A DNA stretch of 59,715 nucleotides from an uncultured Candidatus Saccharibacteria bacterium (GCA_964507105.1 CAZDOR010000002.1:22871-82585), one strand, 5' to 3'. Positions 46,209-54,802 are shown, counted from the first letter of the stretch. Translations and numbers: made by a program. The notes: generated by a model from the sequence alone, not told the origin.

Positions 46209-46920
46209 TCCAGTCGAGAACTTGATAATAAGCTATTCCAAAATATTCGTAAAATGCCAAATCGGACTTTCTCAGGTTGAAACCACGAGGTATCAAGCCC
46301 TCCAATCCATAATCATATTCAGCCTTTCTAAAATCAGTGGGGGCGGGAATCGGATTTGCTCCCACCCTCTCAAACTCTCGAACTGCTCTTTCCATATGGT
46401 AGGCGGAAGTAACCAAAAAGAAAGGGGTTTCTCCTATTTTTTCAAAGGTTCTTTCCGCATTCTCTCTGGTGTTTATAGATCGGTCCTCTATTTTTATTTT
46501 TTCGGCCGGAACACCCCTGTCTACGAAGAAGGATCCAATCGCCGTTTCGGACTCCTCCCTCTTTCGTATCGACTCGGTTCCGGAAATTATTACTTCCATA
46601 TCGTCTTTTCTCAAATTAAAAATTCTGAAAACCTCGGATCTTCTTATGGTATCCGCCTTTTTCCCTCCCGACAAAACAACTATCTTATCCGCCTCGTGAA
46701 TTTCTTGCTCAGAAACCGGAAAATAGCCATCTTCCAGGGGGCCGATAACCAAATTGGAACCGGGAAAAGTAGAAAACAAAAAATAAACGGCTATACCCAA
46801 TCCGATTAAAAATTTTCCCCACTCTTTCTTTTTTAGAAAATAAACTAAAACCCCGGTAAAAAGAAATATCAACACCAGAGAACTGGGCAAAAAAATATAC
46901 TTAATTGCTGAAATATCCAT
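46201..46920 (-). CDS. YdcF/ElyC (DUF218) family envelope protein
   Basis: IVVLSGG, R, IISG, E..S.NT.ENA, LVTSAYHM.RA, PAPTDF, YE..G. Confidence 0.92.
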   Translation of the reverse strand: MDISAIKYIFLPSSLVLIFLFTGVLVYFLKKKEWGKFLIGLGIAVYFLFSTFPGSNLVIGPLEDGYFPVSEQEIHEADKIVVLSGGKKADTIRRSEVFRIFNLRKDDMEVIISGTESIRKREESETAIGSFFVDRGVPAEKIKIEDRSINTRENAERTFEKIGETPFFLVTSAYHMERAVREFERVGANPIPAPTDFRKAEYDYGLEGLIPRGFNLRKSDLAFYEYFGIAYYQVLDWID

Positions 46921-46932
46921 GTAGAATAATAG

Positions 46933-47013
46933 CTAAAAAGCCATCAGCGTATAACTCAAGGCCATAGCTATTACGATAATGAAAACTATTATCTTTTTTA
47001 CTTTATCACTCAT
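46933..47013 (-). CDS. Putative 26-aa membrane microprotein (Prli42/DUF4044-like pattern; not in ORF track)
   Basis: MSDKVKKIIVFIIVIAMALSYTLMAF; basic N-terminus plus one TM; fills the gap upstream of ydcF. Confidence 0.6.
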   Translation of the reverse strand: MSDKVKKIIVFIIVIAMALSYTLMAF

Positions 47014-47065
47014 GTTGGTTAATTTTAACCTTTTTTTAGTTTTTTGTTAAGTTAATGTATTAAAT

Positions 47066-47092
47066 AAAAAGAAAAACCGGGCTTAAACCCGG
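47066..47092 (-). terminator. Intrinsic terminator
   Basis: CCGGG-TTTAAG-CCCGG-TTTTTCTTTTT. Confidence 0.7.
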
Positions 47093-47595
47093 CGTATAAT
47101 TTTTCCCTCCTTTATTAATTTTTCAACTCTCTTTTGTAGAAAATAATGTGTTAAAATCTTCCGTTTATTAATGACCAAAAAGAAAATATACTCCAAAAAA
47201 TCAATAATTTCTTGATTATATAAATTTAAAAATAGCATATGCCATGCTTGGTGAAATCGTTCCGGGATAGTTACGACCTGATCTTTTTTCTTCTCCGAAA
47301 TTCGGTGATCACGACTGCGAGGTTTTACGTGATGAGAGTCATATGAACAAGATCGTGTTACATCCAAATAACCATTACTTCTCAACATGATGATTTCTTT
47401 CCTTTCAATTTTACCTCCTCCCTTTTTCCAATTCATTAGATTATTCAAATTTTCCAAAAAAACAAAAAGTTTCTTTCTGGAGGAAATATCGCCGAAAACA
47501 ACGGAAAAAGCGGCATAAAAAGAGTCGGGAAACCTACTGGATCCTATCTCGTCCAACAACGGAGCGGTTTCATTTCTTTTTCTTTTCCAATTCAT
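47083..47595 (-). CDS. Orphan with an HNH-like His-rich motif
   Basis: SD AAAGGAGG before the ATG at 47595; SHHVKPRSR...VTIPERFHQAWHMLF. Confidence 0.6.
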   Translation of the reverse strand: MNWKRKRNETAPLLDEIGSSRFPDSFYAAFSVVFGDISSRKKLFVFLENLNNLMNWKKGGGKIERKEIIMLRSNGYLDVTRSCSYDSHHVKPRSRDHRISEKKKDQVVTIPERFHQAWHMLFLNLYNQEIIDFLEYIFFLVINKRKILTHYFLQKRVEKLIKEGKIIRRV

Positions 47596-47648
47596 AATGG
47601 CCTCCTTTCGAAAGTCGAGAGCCAAAAAAATGTTAAAGAGCTTGCCAC

Positions 47649-47676
47649 ATTATACAATTATTTTTTTTATTTGCAA
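47649..47676 (-). promoter_or_regulatory. Putative sigma70 promoter of the HNH-like gene
   Basis: TTGCAA-16 bp-TATAAT. Confidence 0.5.
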
Positions 47677-47692
47677 GGAAAATCAGCTGTAA

Positions 47693-47835
47693 AGTTTTCC
47701 ACAGTTTTTAAATATTTATATTTCGACCTTAATTTAATAGGACATAAATTTATTTCCTAACAATTTCCTAACAATTTCCTAACTAAATGCTAATAAAAAA
47801 ACCCCGAAAGTTAATTTTAAAGGCTGTGGAAAACT
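47693..47835. promoter_or_regulatory. 12-bp inverted repeat containing DnaA-box consensus sites, flanking an AT-rich spacer
   Basis: AGTTTTCCACAG (47693-47704) and CTGTGGAAAACT (47824-47835); TTTTCCACA matches TTWTNCACA. Confidence 0.5.
47752..47783. repeat. Three tandem 11-bp direct repeats
   Basis: ATTTCCTAACA ATTTCCTAACA ATTTCCTAAC. Confidence 0.9.
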
Positions 47836-47907
47836 ACACAGATTCAAGACCGGAATTCGAAATAAAATAGTCCGATCCTTTTTTATTTAAATTGTATAAA
47901 GAGAAAC

Positions 47908-47936
47908 AAAAAGAAAACCCCTCTCTTTAAGAGGGG
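47908..47936 (-). terminator. Intrinsic terminator
   Basis: CCCCTCT-TAAAG-AGAGGGG-TTTTCTTTTT. Confidence 0.8.
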
Positions 47937-47955
47937 GAATTGAGATGCACAGCGC

Positions 47956-48108
47956 TTATGAACAGTTAATGCATCTACCTCCCAAATCGAGATAGGCACC
48001 GCAAGTACATCTTTTTTGCTTGCCCGAAAATCCTTTCGGAGCACATTTCGGGCAATACCTGCCATAATAAACGTGTCCTTCTTTACATTCTCTTTCTCTA
48101 CGTGCCAT
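47956..48108 (-). CDS. 50-aa Cys/His-rich double zinc-ribbon-like microprotein (not in ORF track)
   Basis: SD GGAGGTGA; MARRERECKEGHVYYGRYCPKCAPKGFSGKQKRCTCGAYLDLGGRCINCS; followed by a terminator. Confidence 0.8.
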   Translation of the reverse strand: MARRERECKEGHVYYGRYCPKCAPKGFSGKQKRCTCGAYLDLGGRCINCS

Positions 48109-48120
48109 TTCAGTCACCTC

Positions 48121-48594
48121 CTATTGAATTTGATGAATTAATCCTCTATTTTTACACTCTTCAGGGTTCAACAATACTGATTCGGATATTAAATTTTTAA
48201 CCTCCGAGATAGTCATCCGTGACTCTTTAGCTATAAAATTCAAGTACCAATCGGTAAGATTTTCCTTTTTTTTCGCTTCTTCTTGCTCATGAAACTCCAA
48301 AGGGTGGAAAAGAATATGGGCATCTCTACTCATCACTCTCTTTTTTCCTAACAGAACCAAGGGTATCGCCGCACTGTCCGCGCGCCCCATCACTACCGTA
48401 TTTATCGGGATTTTTCGCATTCGGATTTCCTCACAAAAGCTGTGCGCCAACGGCAATATTCCTCCCTCACTATTTATCATCAAAGTAATAGGGAGGTTGT
48501 TTCTTTTTAATCTTCTCTCGATTTCTTTTATTGCCGCATCATACTCCAGATATTCCACTGCCCCGAACCAACGAACTACATTTTCAAATTCCAT
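48121..48594 (-). CDS. Minimal ClpP-like protease subunit (157 aa)
   Basis: INSEGG, VMGRADSAA (Ser), KR, ILFHP (His), LNPEEC...GLI. Confidence 0.85.
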   Translation of the reverse strand: MEFENVVRWFGAVEYLEYDAAIKEIERRLKRNNLPITLMINSEGGILPLAHSFCEEIRMRKIPINTVVMGRADSAAIPLVLLGKKRVMSRDAHILFHPLEFHEQEEAKKKENLTDWYLNFIAKESRMTISEVKNLISESVLLNPEECKNRGLIHQIQ

Positions 48595-48634
48595 TTTTAA
48601 TCCCTCCCTTTTCCTTTCAGTTCAACGTGATTAT

Positions 48635-48663
48635 ACTATATAATATTAATATAGATATGTCAA
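48635..48663 (-). promoter_or_regulatory. Putative sigma70 promoter of the clpP-like/Zn-protein unit
   Basis: TTGACA-17 bp-TATAGT. Confidence 0.6.
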
Positions 48664-48668
48664 ATAAA

Positions 48669-48941
48669 CTATGCGGTGAGACTTTTAATCCCTTTGACAG
48701 TCATTAAAATCGAACCTAAAACGAATAAAAACAAGGGGGGAGAAAAAAATAAACCAAAAAGGATAACTACGGCTACGAAGATATCGGTCAAACCGCCCGG
48801 ATCAAAAAGAGCAATCGAAGCTTTAACCGGTAAAAGGATTAAGGTCGCCAAAATCAGACCGACGGGCAAATGAAAATCCAAAATAAAAGAGATCAGAACC
48901 AAAGCAGAAAATATATCCAAAAGACCCAGCAATTTAATCAT
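48669..48941 (-). CDS. Small hydrophobic membrane protein
   Basis: KLLGLLD... three or four TMs, KG..S. Confidence 0.7.
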   Translation of the reverse strand: MIKLLGLLDIFSALVLISFILDFHLPVGLILATLILLPVKASIALFDPGGLTDIFVAVVILFGLFFSPPLFLFVLGSILMTVKGIKSLTA

Positions 48942-48950
48942 GGTATCGAA

Positions 48951-50120
48951 TTAACTTATTACCGACTGAAGCTTTTCCACTTTGTTGGTCTTCTCCCAGC
49001 TGAACTCACCTCTTCCGAAGTGTCCGTAAGCCGAAGTTTTTTCGTAAATCGGCTTGAGTAGATTGAGATTTCTAATTATCATTCCCGCCCTGAAGTCGAA
49101 ACTGTTTCTCACCGCTTTTTTTATTTTTGCTTCCGTCAAGCCGGGAAATTCATCCTTGTTCACCGTACCGAAGCAGTTGATATTTATCGAGACCGGATCC
49201 GGGACCCCTATGGCGTAAGCAACTTGTATTTCACATCTTTCAGCCAAACCGGCCTCAACTACATTCTTAGCTGCATACCTCGTCATGTAGGCACCGGACC
49301 TGTCTACCTTTGTGGGATCTTTTCCGGAAAAGCAGCCCCCTCCGACATGCGCCATACCGCCATAAGTGTCAACAACTATCTTTCTTCCCGTCAAACCACA
49401 ATCGGCTGCCGGCCCTCCTTTTACGAATCTTCCGGTACTGTTTATATGGAATTTGGTTTGTTCTGTTAAATATTCACCACATACCGGCCTTATTACTTCT
49501 TCTATTATTGCCTCTTTCAGTTTTTTCTCTTCAATTCCCGGATCGTGTTGAGCGGCAACTACGACCGAAGGAACGGAAACCGGCTTAAAGCCCCGATATT
49601 TGACACTGACTTGGCTTTTTCCATCCGGTCTGAGAAAAGGCAATTTCTCACGTCTTTTCTCGGCCATCCTTTTGGTTATTTTGTGAGCCAAAACAATCGG
49701 AAGCGGCATCGCTTCCTCGGTTTCGCTGCATGCGAACCCGGTCATCATTCCCTGATCGCCCGCCCCTTGCCTCTCAGAGCCGGTTTTTCGCACTCCGCGA
49801 GCAATATCCTTCGATTGTGAATTTAAAGCGTCAAAAACGGCAATACTCTTGAAATCAAACCCGTATTCCGAATCTTTATACCCTATCCTTTTTATCTTTT
49901 CTCTGGCTATTTCAGTTATATCCGGATCGGCTTTGCTGGTTATTTCACCCCCTACTAAAACATAACCATTTCCGGTCATTGTTTCACAGGCCACCCGTGA
50001 ATTCTTGTCTTCTTTCAAAACAGCATCCAAAACCGAATCCGAAATACCGTCCGCAATCTTATCCGGATGACCTTCGGTCACCGATTCTGAAGTAAAAACA
50101 TAATCTTTATTTTTTCTCAT
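48951..50120 (-). CDS. metK: S-adenosylmethionine synthetase
   Basis: FTSESVTEGHPDK, GAGDQG, GLTGRKIVVDTYGG, GKDPTKVDRS. Confidence 0.98.
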   Translation of the reverse strand: MRKNKDYVFTSESVTEGHPDKIADGISDSVLDAVLKEDKNSRVACETMTGNGYVLVGGEITSKADPDITEIAREKIKRIGYKDSEYGFDFKSIAVFDALNSQSKDIARGVRKTGSERQGAGDQGMMTGFACSETEEAMPLPIVLAHKITKRMAEKRREKLPFLRPDGKSQVSVKYRGFKPVSVPSVVVAAQHDPGIEEKKLKEAIIEEVIRPVCGEYLTEQTKFHINSTGRFVKGGPAADCGLTGRKIVVDTYGGMAHVGGGCFSGKDPTKVDRSGAYMTRYAAKNVVEAGLAERCEIQVAYAIGVPDPVSININCFGTVNKDEFPGLTEAKIKKAVRNSFDFRAGMIIRNLNLLKPIYEKTSAYGHFGRGEFSWEKTNKVEKLQSVIS

Positions 50121-50298
50121 AGGAAGCTATTATATCTTTATTAACGATTAAAAATATTATGTATGCTTAAAAAAACAAAAAATTTCGAAAGTCCAATCAA
50201 ATGAAAATATCCCATTTTGTTTTTTAGGTTTGTTTTTCTTATTAATAAAACAAACAAAAACCGGTCAAAAAAAATAACTCGACTGTAAGTCCTTTAAA

Positions 50299-51351
50299 TT
50301 ACAGTGAGAAGAGAAGGTCTTCAATATGCAAATCCAATCCCAAAATATCAAACTCCGAAACCTCCAACCCGTAAACCTCAATTATGAGGAATAAATCCTG
50401 AATATGTGCTAAAAATATGATACTCAAGACGGTAATTATTCCCAAGCAAAAGAAAAAGGTGAACTTCTTTTTTAGTTTTTTTCTATTCAAAACCCCACCG
50501 GTTCTTCCCTCATAGAAATAAACTATGGATAAAATGACCGTCGGGGCGGCAACCAACGGAGCCACCAATTTCAACAAAAAATTATAACGGCTTATTCGAA
50601 GGGCGGAAAAAAGAAAATAAAAGGGAGAACCGAAAACACCGGCTGCTACGGTTATTACGAAAAGCAGTAGTAGGAGAAGAAAAATCGAAAGATCTCCGCT
50701 AAGATCATAACTCATTTTCATAGCGGAGAAAGGTCCGAACCCGGCATCAACTATAAAAACATCGGCCAAAAAGAATCGCAAAAAGAGATGTAAGCTGACA
50801 GCAAGTCCCAAAAAGAGAATGAAAACCGCAACGCTCGGAGCCGCTTCTCCGACTAAACCGTAGAGCCGCTCGTAGGGCTCCTCAATAAAAAACACGGTAG
50901 AGACCAAAATGGGAGATGCTATAACTAAAATCCTAACGAGAACGCTAATCAACATCCTCCAAAACATGTTTATACGCTCGGCAATACTTCTGAGATGAAA
51001 CTCTTTTCCTCTGCAAATTCTAAGAGAGATATTAATCATTCCGATATACATCACAACAAAACTGGCAAAAAAAGCTATTAGTGAGCCGAGCTTTCCGACC
51101 GCTCCTTCGAATTCGAATAAAATTATTTGAGCAATTGATATGGGAAAAAATACGAGGATTCCGGAAAGGCCGAGCAAGGGGAAAAAATTCTTCAAAAAAT
51201 GTCTTATGCCGTAAAAAACCGATTCCAGCACCCCGGGAGGAGCTTCTTCTGTCTTTTCACCGTTGGCAATCTCCTGAATTCTTTGCGCAGCCGTTCTCCC
51301 TTGATCTTCTCTTTCGATCCAATTTTTGAATATTCTTTTAAACATATGCAT
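50299..51351 (-). CDS. Polytopic membrane protein (DUF975-like)
   Basis: Multiple TMs; LRFFLA.VFIVD.G.GPF.AMK.S motif shared with 14449 and 52560. Confidence 0.6.
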   Translation of the reverse strand: MHMFKRIFKNWIEREDQGRTAAQRIQEIANGEKTEEAPPGVLESVFYGIRHFLKNFFPLLGLSGILVFFPISIAQIILFEFEGAVGKLGSLIAFFASFVVMYIGMINISLRICRGKEFHLRSIAERINMFWRMLISVLVRILVIASPILVSTVFFIEEPYERLYGLVGEAAPSVAVFILFLGLAVSLHLFLRFFLADVFIVDAGFGPFSAMKMSYDLSGDLSIFLLLLLLFVITVAAGVFGSPFYFLFSALRISRYNFLLKLVAPLVAAPTVILSIVYFYEGRTGGVLNRKKLKKKFTFFFCLGIITVLSIIFLAHIQDLFLIIEVYGLEVSEFDILGLDLHIEDLLFSL

Positions 51352-51649
51352 ATTTAATTTTCATTCGACAAACACTCCGTAACTTCAATTATCTTTTCCG
51401 GATTATCCATATATCCGTATAATTCACCTCCCGAAATCAAAAAAATAAATAATATTCTAATATTTTTCCTGAAAAAAAGACTTTTCATTAATTTTTGCCT
51501 GCGAAAAAGTAACTCTTGTATCATAATAGCAAATTAAAAAATAGATACAACTTTTTAGTTTCGAAAGTGGCTAAGATAAAATTAAGTATTTTGACAAAAA
51601 TTTTTTTTATGATAATAAATTGTTAAGACATAAAAGGAGGGTTTTACTA

Positions 51650-52084
51650 ATGGAAATCAAAAGAGTTTACGAAAGAGCGAAAGAAATTTACTGTGAAGAC
51701 TGCGTTGAAAAAAGGCAACTCGAAGAAAAGAAAAGATGTATTCAGATCGAATTGGGTCAATGTCGGGATTGCGGTTACGAAAGAAATAAACGGGTAATCG
51801 TTCAGGAGGAGATCAACCGCCTAAACTCGGAAAAGGAAGAAATGGAAAGAGTGATATCCGGACTAAAAAATACGGACAGGTCGATAAAAATTTCCAGCCT
51901 GGCATTCGAAAGAACCGAAGATCTCGGAAATCGAATGAGAGAGATAAACAATCCGAAAACGATAATCAGAAGACTCCAACACTCCGTAAATATAGAAAAA
52001 GAAGAGCTAACGACAATTATCCGAAATCACATAGAAGCAATAGAAAGCCACAAAGAGGAGCTGAAAAAAGAGATCCCGGTCTAA
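51650..52084 (+). CDS. Orphan with two CxxC motifs and a coiled coil
   Basis: SD AAAAGGAGGG before the ATG at 51650; CEDC...CRDC; terminator follows. Confidence 0.75.
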   Translation: MEIKRVYERAKEIYCEDCVEKRQLEEKKRCIQIELGQCRDCGYERNKRVIVQEEINRLNSEKEEMERVISGLKNTDRSIKISSLAFERTEDLGNRMREINNPKTIIRRLQHSVNIEKEELTTIIRNHIEAIESHKEELKKEIPV

Positions 52085-52098
52085 AACCGGGATTTTTA
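52073..52098 (+). terminator. Intrinsic terminator between convergent genes
   Basis: ATCCCGGT-CTAAA-ACCGGGAT followed by a T run. Confidence 0.7.
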
Positions 52099-52105
52099 TT
52101 TAAAA

Positions 52106-52474
52106 TCAATATTCTCCTATTTCCAAATTATCAAGACTGTCTTCCGTTAAATTGTCTTCCATTACCTTTATCGCTTTATCTCTCAAGCCTTTTGGGATCC
52201 CGACTATAAGATATCCTTCCGAAGTAAATAGTTTGTATTTTGTTATCGCATCCTCCGAATCAATATCTTCTTCCGTTTTAACTTCTCCGCGTATTACCAC
52301 TTTGTTACGATAAAGACCCTCAACATGGGGTCTTTTATCTTCACCATCTCCCACTGAATCATTTTTAACCGGCTCGGTTCTTCCGCCTTGGCCATCAACT
52401 ACGACTTCATAGCCTATATTTTGCATAGCTTGGGCTATCTCCCTTTTTATTTTTTCTCGGTCGGTATCATTCAT
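52106..52474 (-). CDS. Hypothetical protein, restriction-endonuclease-like (PD-(D/E)xK) fold suspected
   Basis: GYEV...RPHVEG....VIRGEVKT..D; PD appears as PH. Confidence 0.55.
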   Translation of the reverse strand: MNDTDREKIKREIAQAMQNIGYEVVVDGQGGRTEPVKNDSVGDGEDKRPHVEGLYRNKVVIRGEVKTEEDIDSEDAITKYKLFTSEGYLIVGIPKGLRDKAIKVMEDNLTEDSLDNLEIGEY

Positions 52475-52559
52475 TTTTTATTTTTATAATTAATTAAGGA
52501 GTCCGACCAACCTTCCTTGTTCGCCTTATAGCAGAAAAATAATTATTTTGCAAATTTAA

Positions 52560-53576
52560 TTATTGAATATCAATAAAGTCTTCAATCTCACCCTCCCACT
52601 CTTCCATTCTTTCTTCCAGGTCTTGAATTTCTTCTTCAGTAAATTCTTCTTCTCCGACCGTTTCCTCCAGATAGGAAAAAAAAGTCAAGCCCATCATACC
52701 GAAAAGAAAAAGCAGTAAACCGATTAATATTTTGCCTTCCACAGCCTCATCGAGCTCTTTTTCACCGTTCATAAATTGATAAAGACAACCCCCGGAAATA
52801 AACGAAACCGGAACGGACAGCAGCGATACGAGAACGGGGAGTAAAACACTCACCAGCCCGGGTTCGATTCCGATCATATAAAGGGGAGCCCCCAAAAGAT
52901 AAAAGGCCATGCTTATAAATCCCAAGAAGATGAGGTAAGTGAAAACCGGGCAATTCGCAGTATCTTCAAAACTCTTCTTCAAAGAAGTCAGTGGAGAAAG
53001 TCTTTGATCAACAAGAAAGAAATCGTAAAAATAAAGCCTGATAAAAAAATAAGTTCCCAAAATAATTCCCGCAATGAAAACTAAAAACCCGAAAATAATT
53101 CCCGTTGTTCCCCAAAAATAGGAAGCGGAAATGGATGCTCCGATTGATCCTGCAAAAATTAAAAACAAAAACAGATATTTTAAGACATGAGCCAGAAACA
53201 AACCGGAAACCAATGAATAATCTTTGTAAAAAGAAGATAGAGCATCCGCTTCATTTCTGAGTACGGCCAAAGAAACATTAATCATTCCGATTGTCGGAAC
53301 AGTTATTACCAATAAATAAGTCAGCAGTCCGGCCAAGCCGAATAAAATAACGGAAGTCAAGCTAAAAAGATCTTTCAGATAAGAAACAACCAAAAATTCA
53401 ATTAAATCCTGACCCAAAAAAGAAAGTAAAGAAACGATGAAGACGAAAATAAAGGAAGCTAAAAAGAGGGTGGATATATTCTTCTTGATTACCTTCATCG
53501 AACGGATAAAAACTCCGATGACGGAAGGCTTGCCACCCGTCTTATTTTTTTTTGAATTATTCGATTCTTTATTCAT
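52560..53576 (-). CDS. Polytopic membrane protein (DUF975-like) with an acidic tail
   Basis: IRLYFYDFFLVDQRLSPL.SLKKS motif; 7-8 TMs. Confidence 0.6.
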   Translation of the reverse strand: MNKESNNSKKNKTGGKPSVIGVFIRSMKVIKKNISTLFLASFIFVFIVSLLSFLGQDLIEFLVVSYLKDLFSLTSVILFGLAGLLTYLLVITVPTIGMINVSLAVLRNEADALSSFYKDYSLVSGLFLAHVLKYLFLFLIFAGSIGASISASYFWGTTGIIFGFLVFIAGIILGTYFFIRLYFYDFFLVDQRLSPLTSLKKSFEDTANCPVFTYLIFLGFISMAFYLLGAPLYMIGIEPGLVSVLLPVLVSLLSVPVSFISGGCLYQFMNGEKELDEAVEGKILIGLLLFLFGMMGLTFFSYLEETVGEEEFTEEEIQDLEERMEEWEGEIEDFIDIQ

Positions 53577-53600
53577 AAATAACTTTCAACTAATTTAAGA

Positions 53601-54623
53601 TCAATTATTTTTAACTCTTTCTATCATGAATTTCACGGCTTCGTTGGTATTTATGTATTCCAAATTCATGTTGGGATTTCTGTTTTGGAATACCCTGAAT
53701 ATTTCATCAGCAAAAGCCTGACCTATTCCGGAAATATCTTTAAAATCAAAAATTACTTTTTTAAATTTCTCAAGCCCGACCAAAACCCTTCTGGCTTGAG
53801 AACGAGAAACGTAATCTACATCGGACTGATACAAATTAACCACTATCTCCGTCTTATCAAACCCGTACTCGGTCTCTACGGACTGATAATTTTTAAAGAC
53901 TTCTTCCAGTTTTTTTTCCGAATCACTGTCAATTCTAAAAATTACCCTGGTTCCTTTTACCGAATTATCTTTTTTAGCCACAAAAACATCGTCTATCATA
54001 TTATCAACCTGTAGTCTATAATCAAAACTCTCCAAAATGAATATATCAGCAATTTTAGAGGTAAAAAAGATTCCTTCACCGGAATGAGCTTCGGGCATGG
54101 TAGTGGTTTTTCCTTTCAACAAATCTTGAATAGCTTCCATCTCGGAATTAAGCCCCTTGTTTTGCATAATATTTTCAAAAACTCCTATTCCGAAGTCCCT
54201 AACCACGAAAGTCAAAAAATTCTCTTCTTTTCCGGCTTCAACCTTTATTTTCTTCGATTCCGAATGATCGATAGCATTATTTATCATTTCCGAAAAGGAA
54301 TAATCAAAAATGGACTCGACATTTCCGGGTAATTTTTTTAAAAAAGGAGTTTGCAATTTAGCGGAAGAAACTATTCTGTCCTCTTTCAAGTTTTCATTTT
54401 CAAATTCCTTTTCATATTTAAAATCCGAAAATTTGTTATTTTCCGGAACTATATACTTGGTTTTCGGTCCACTACCTACCCTGATTAACTTCCCTTCACC
54501 CTTCAATTCTCCTATTACTTTACTGGCTTGCTGTCTGCTTACCGAGGCCTTTTCAGAGAGCTCTCGGGGGGAAATTTCACCTTTTTTTTCAATTATCTTA
54601 AGCGCTTTTTGTTTAGTTGTCAT
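53601..54623 (-). CDS. wHTH + GHKL (anti-sigma-kinase-like) ATPase + STAS-like DUF4325 protein
   Basis: SRQQAS.VI..L..EG.L HTH; SEMINNAIDHS, RDFGIG, HSGEGIF, GT; SRSQARR, FDF..I..IGQAFADEIF; start moved to MTTKQK. Confidence 0.85.
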   Translation of the reverse strand: MTTKQKALKIIEKKGEISPRELSEKASVSRQQASKVIGELKGEGKLIRVGSGPKTKYIVPENNKFSDFKYEKEFENENLKEDRIVSSAKLQTPFLKKLPGNVESIFDYSFSEMINNAIDHSESKKIKVEAGKEENFLTFVVRDFGIGVFENIMQNKGLNSEMEAIQDLLKGKTTTMPEAHSGEGIFFTSKIADIFILESFDYRLQVDNMIDDVFVAKKDNSVKGTRVIFRIDSDSEKKLEEVFKNYQSVETEYGFDKTEIVVNLYQSDVDYVSRSQARRVLVGLEKFKKVIFDFKDISGIGQAFADEIFRVFQNRNPNMNLEYINTNEAVKFMIERVKNN

Positions 54624-54668
54624 AACGTAATCACTATCGTAAACTATTAATTTACCTACCGTCAATTA

Positions 54669-54698
54669 ATAATACATTCAAAACTTTTTGATTGTCAA
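54669..54698 (-). promoter_or_regulatory. Putative sigma70 promoter
   Basis: TTGACA-18 bp-TATTAT. Confidence 0.55.
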
Positions 54699-54802
54699 GA
54701 AATTATCGGTTCCGACCTCCCGTTGAGTCGTAACTCGCAAACAGAAAAGACGGTCGGGATATCTTTTGTTAACTTTAACATAGAAAATTTTTTTTAGAAA
54801 TA

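Noticed and set aside
47693-47835. Chromosomal oriC or CRISPR array
   Set aside because: Only two DnaA boxes, no dnaA/dnaN nearby and no switch in gene strand across the site; the 11-mers are contiguous with no spacers and no cas genes.
47883-48065. Track ORF of 60 aa
   Set aside because: Wrong frame: it runs through the terminator, whereas 47956..48108 has a perfect SD and a coherent Cys pattern.
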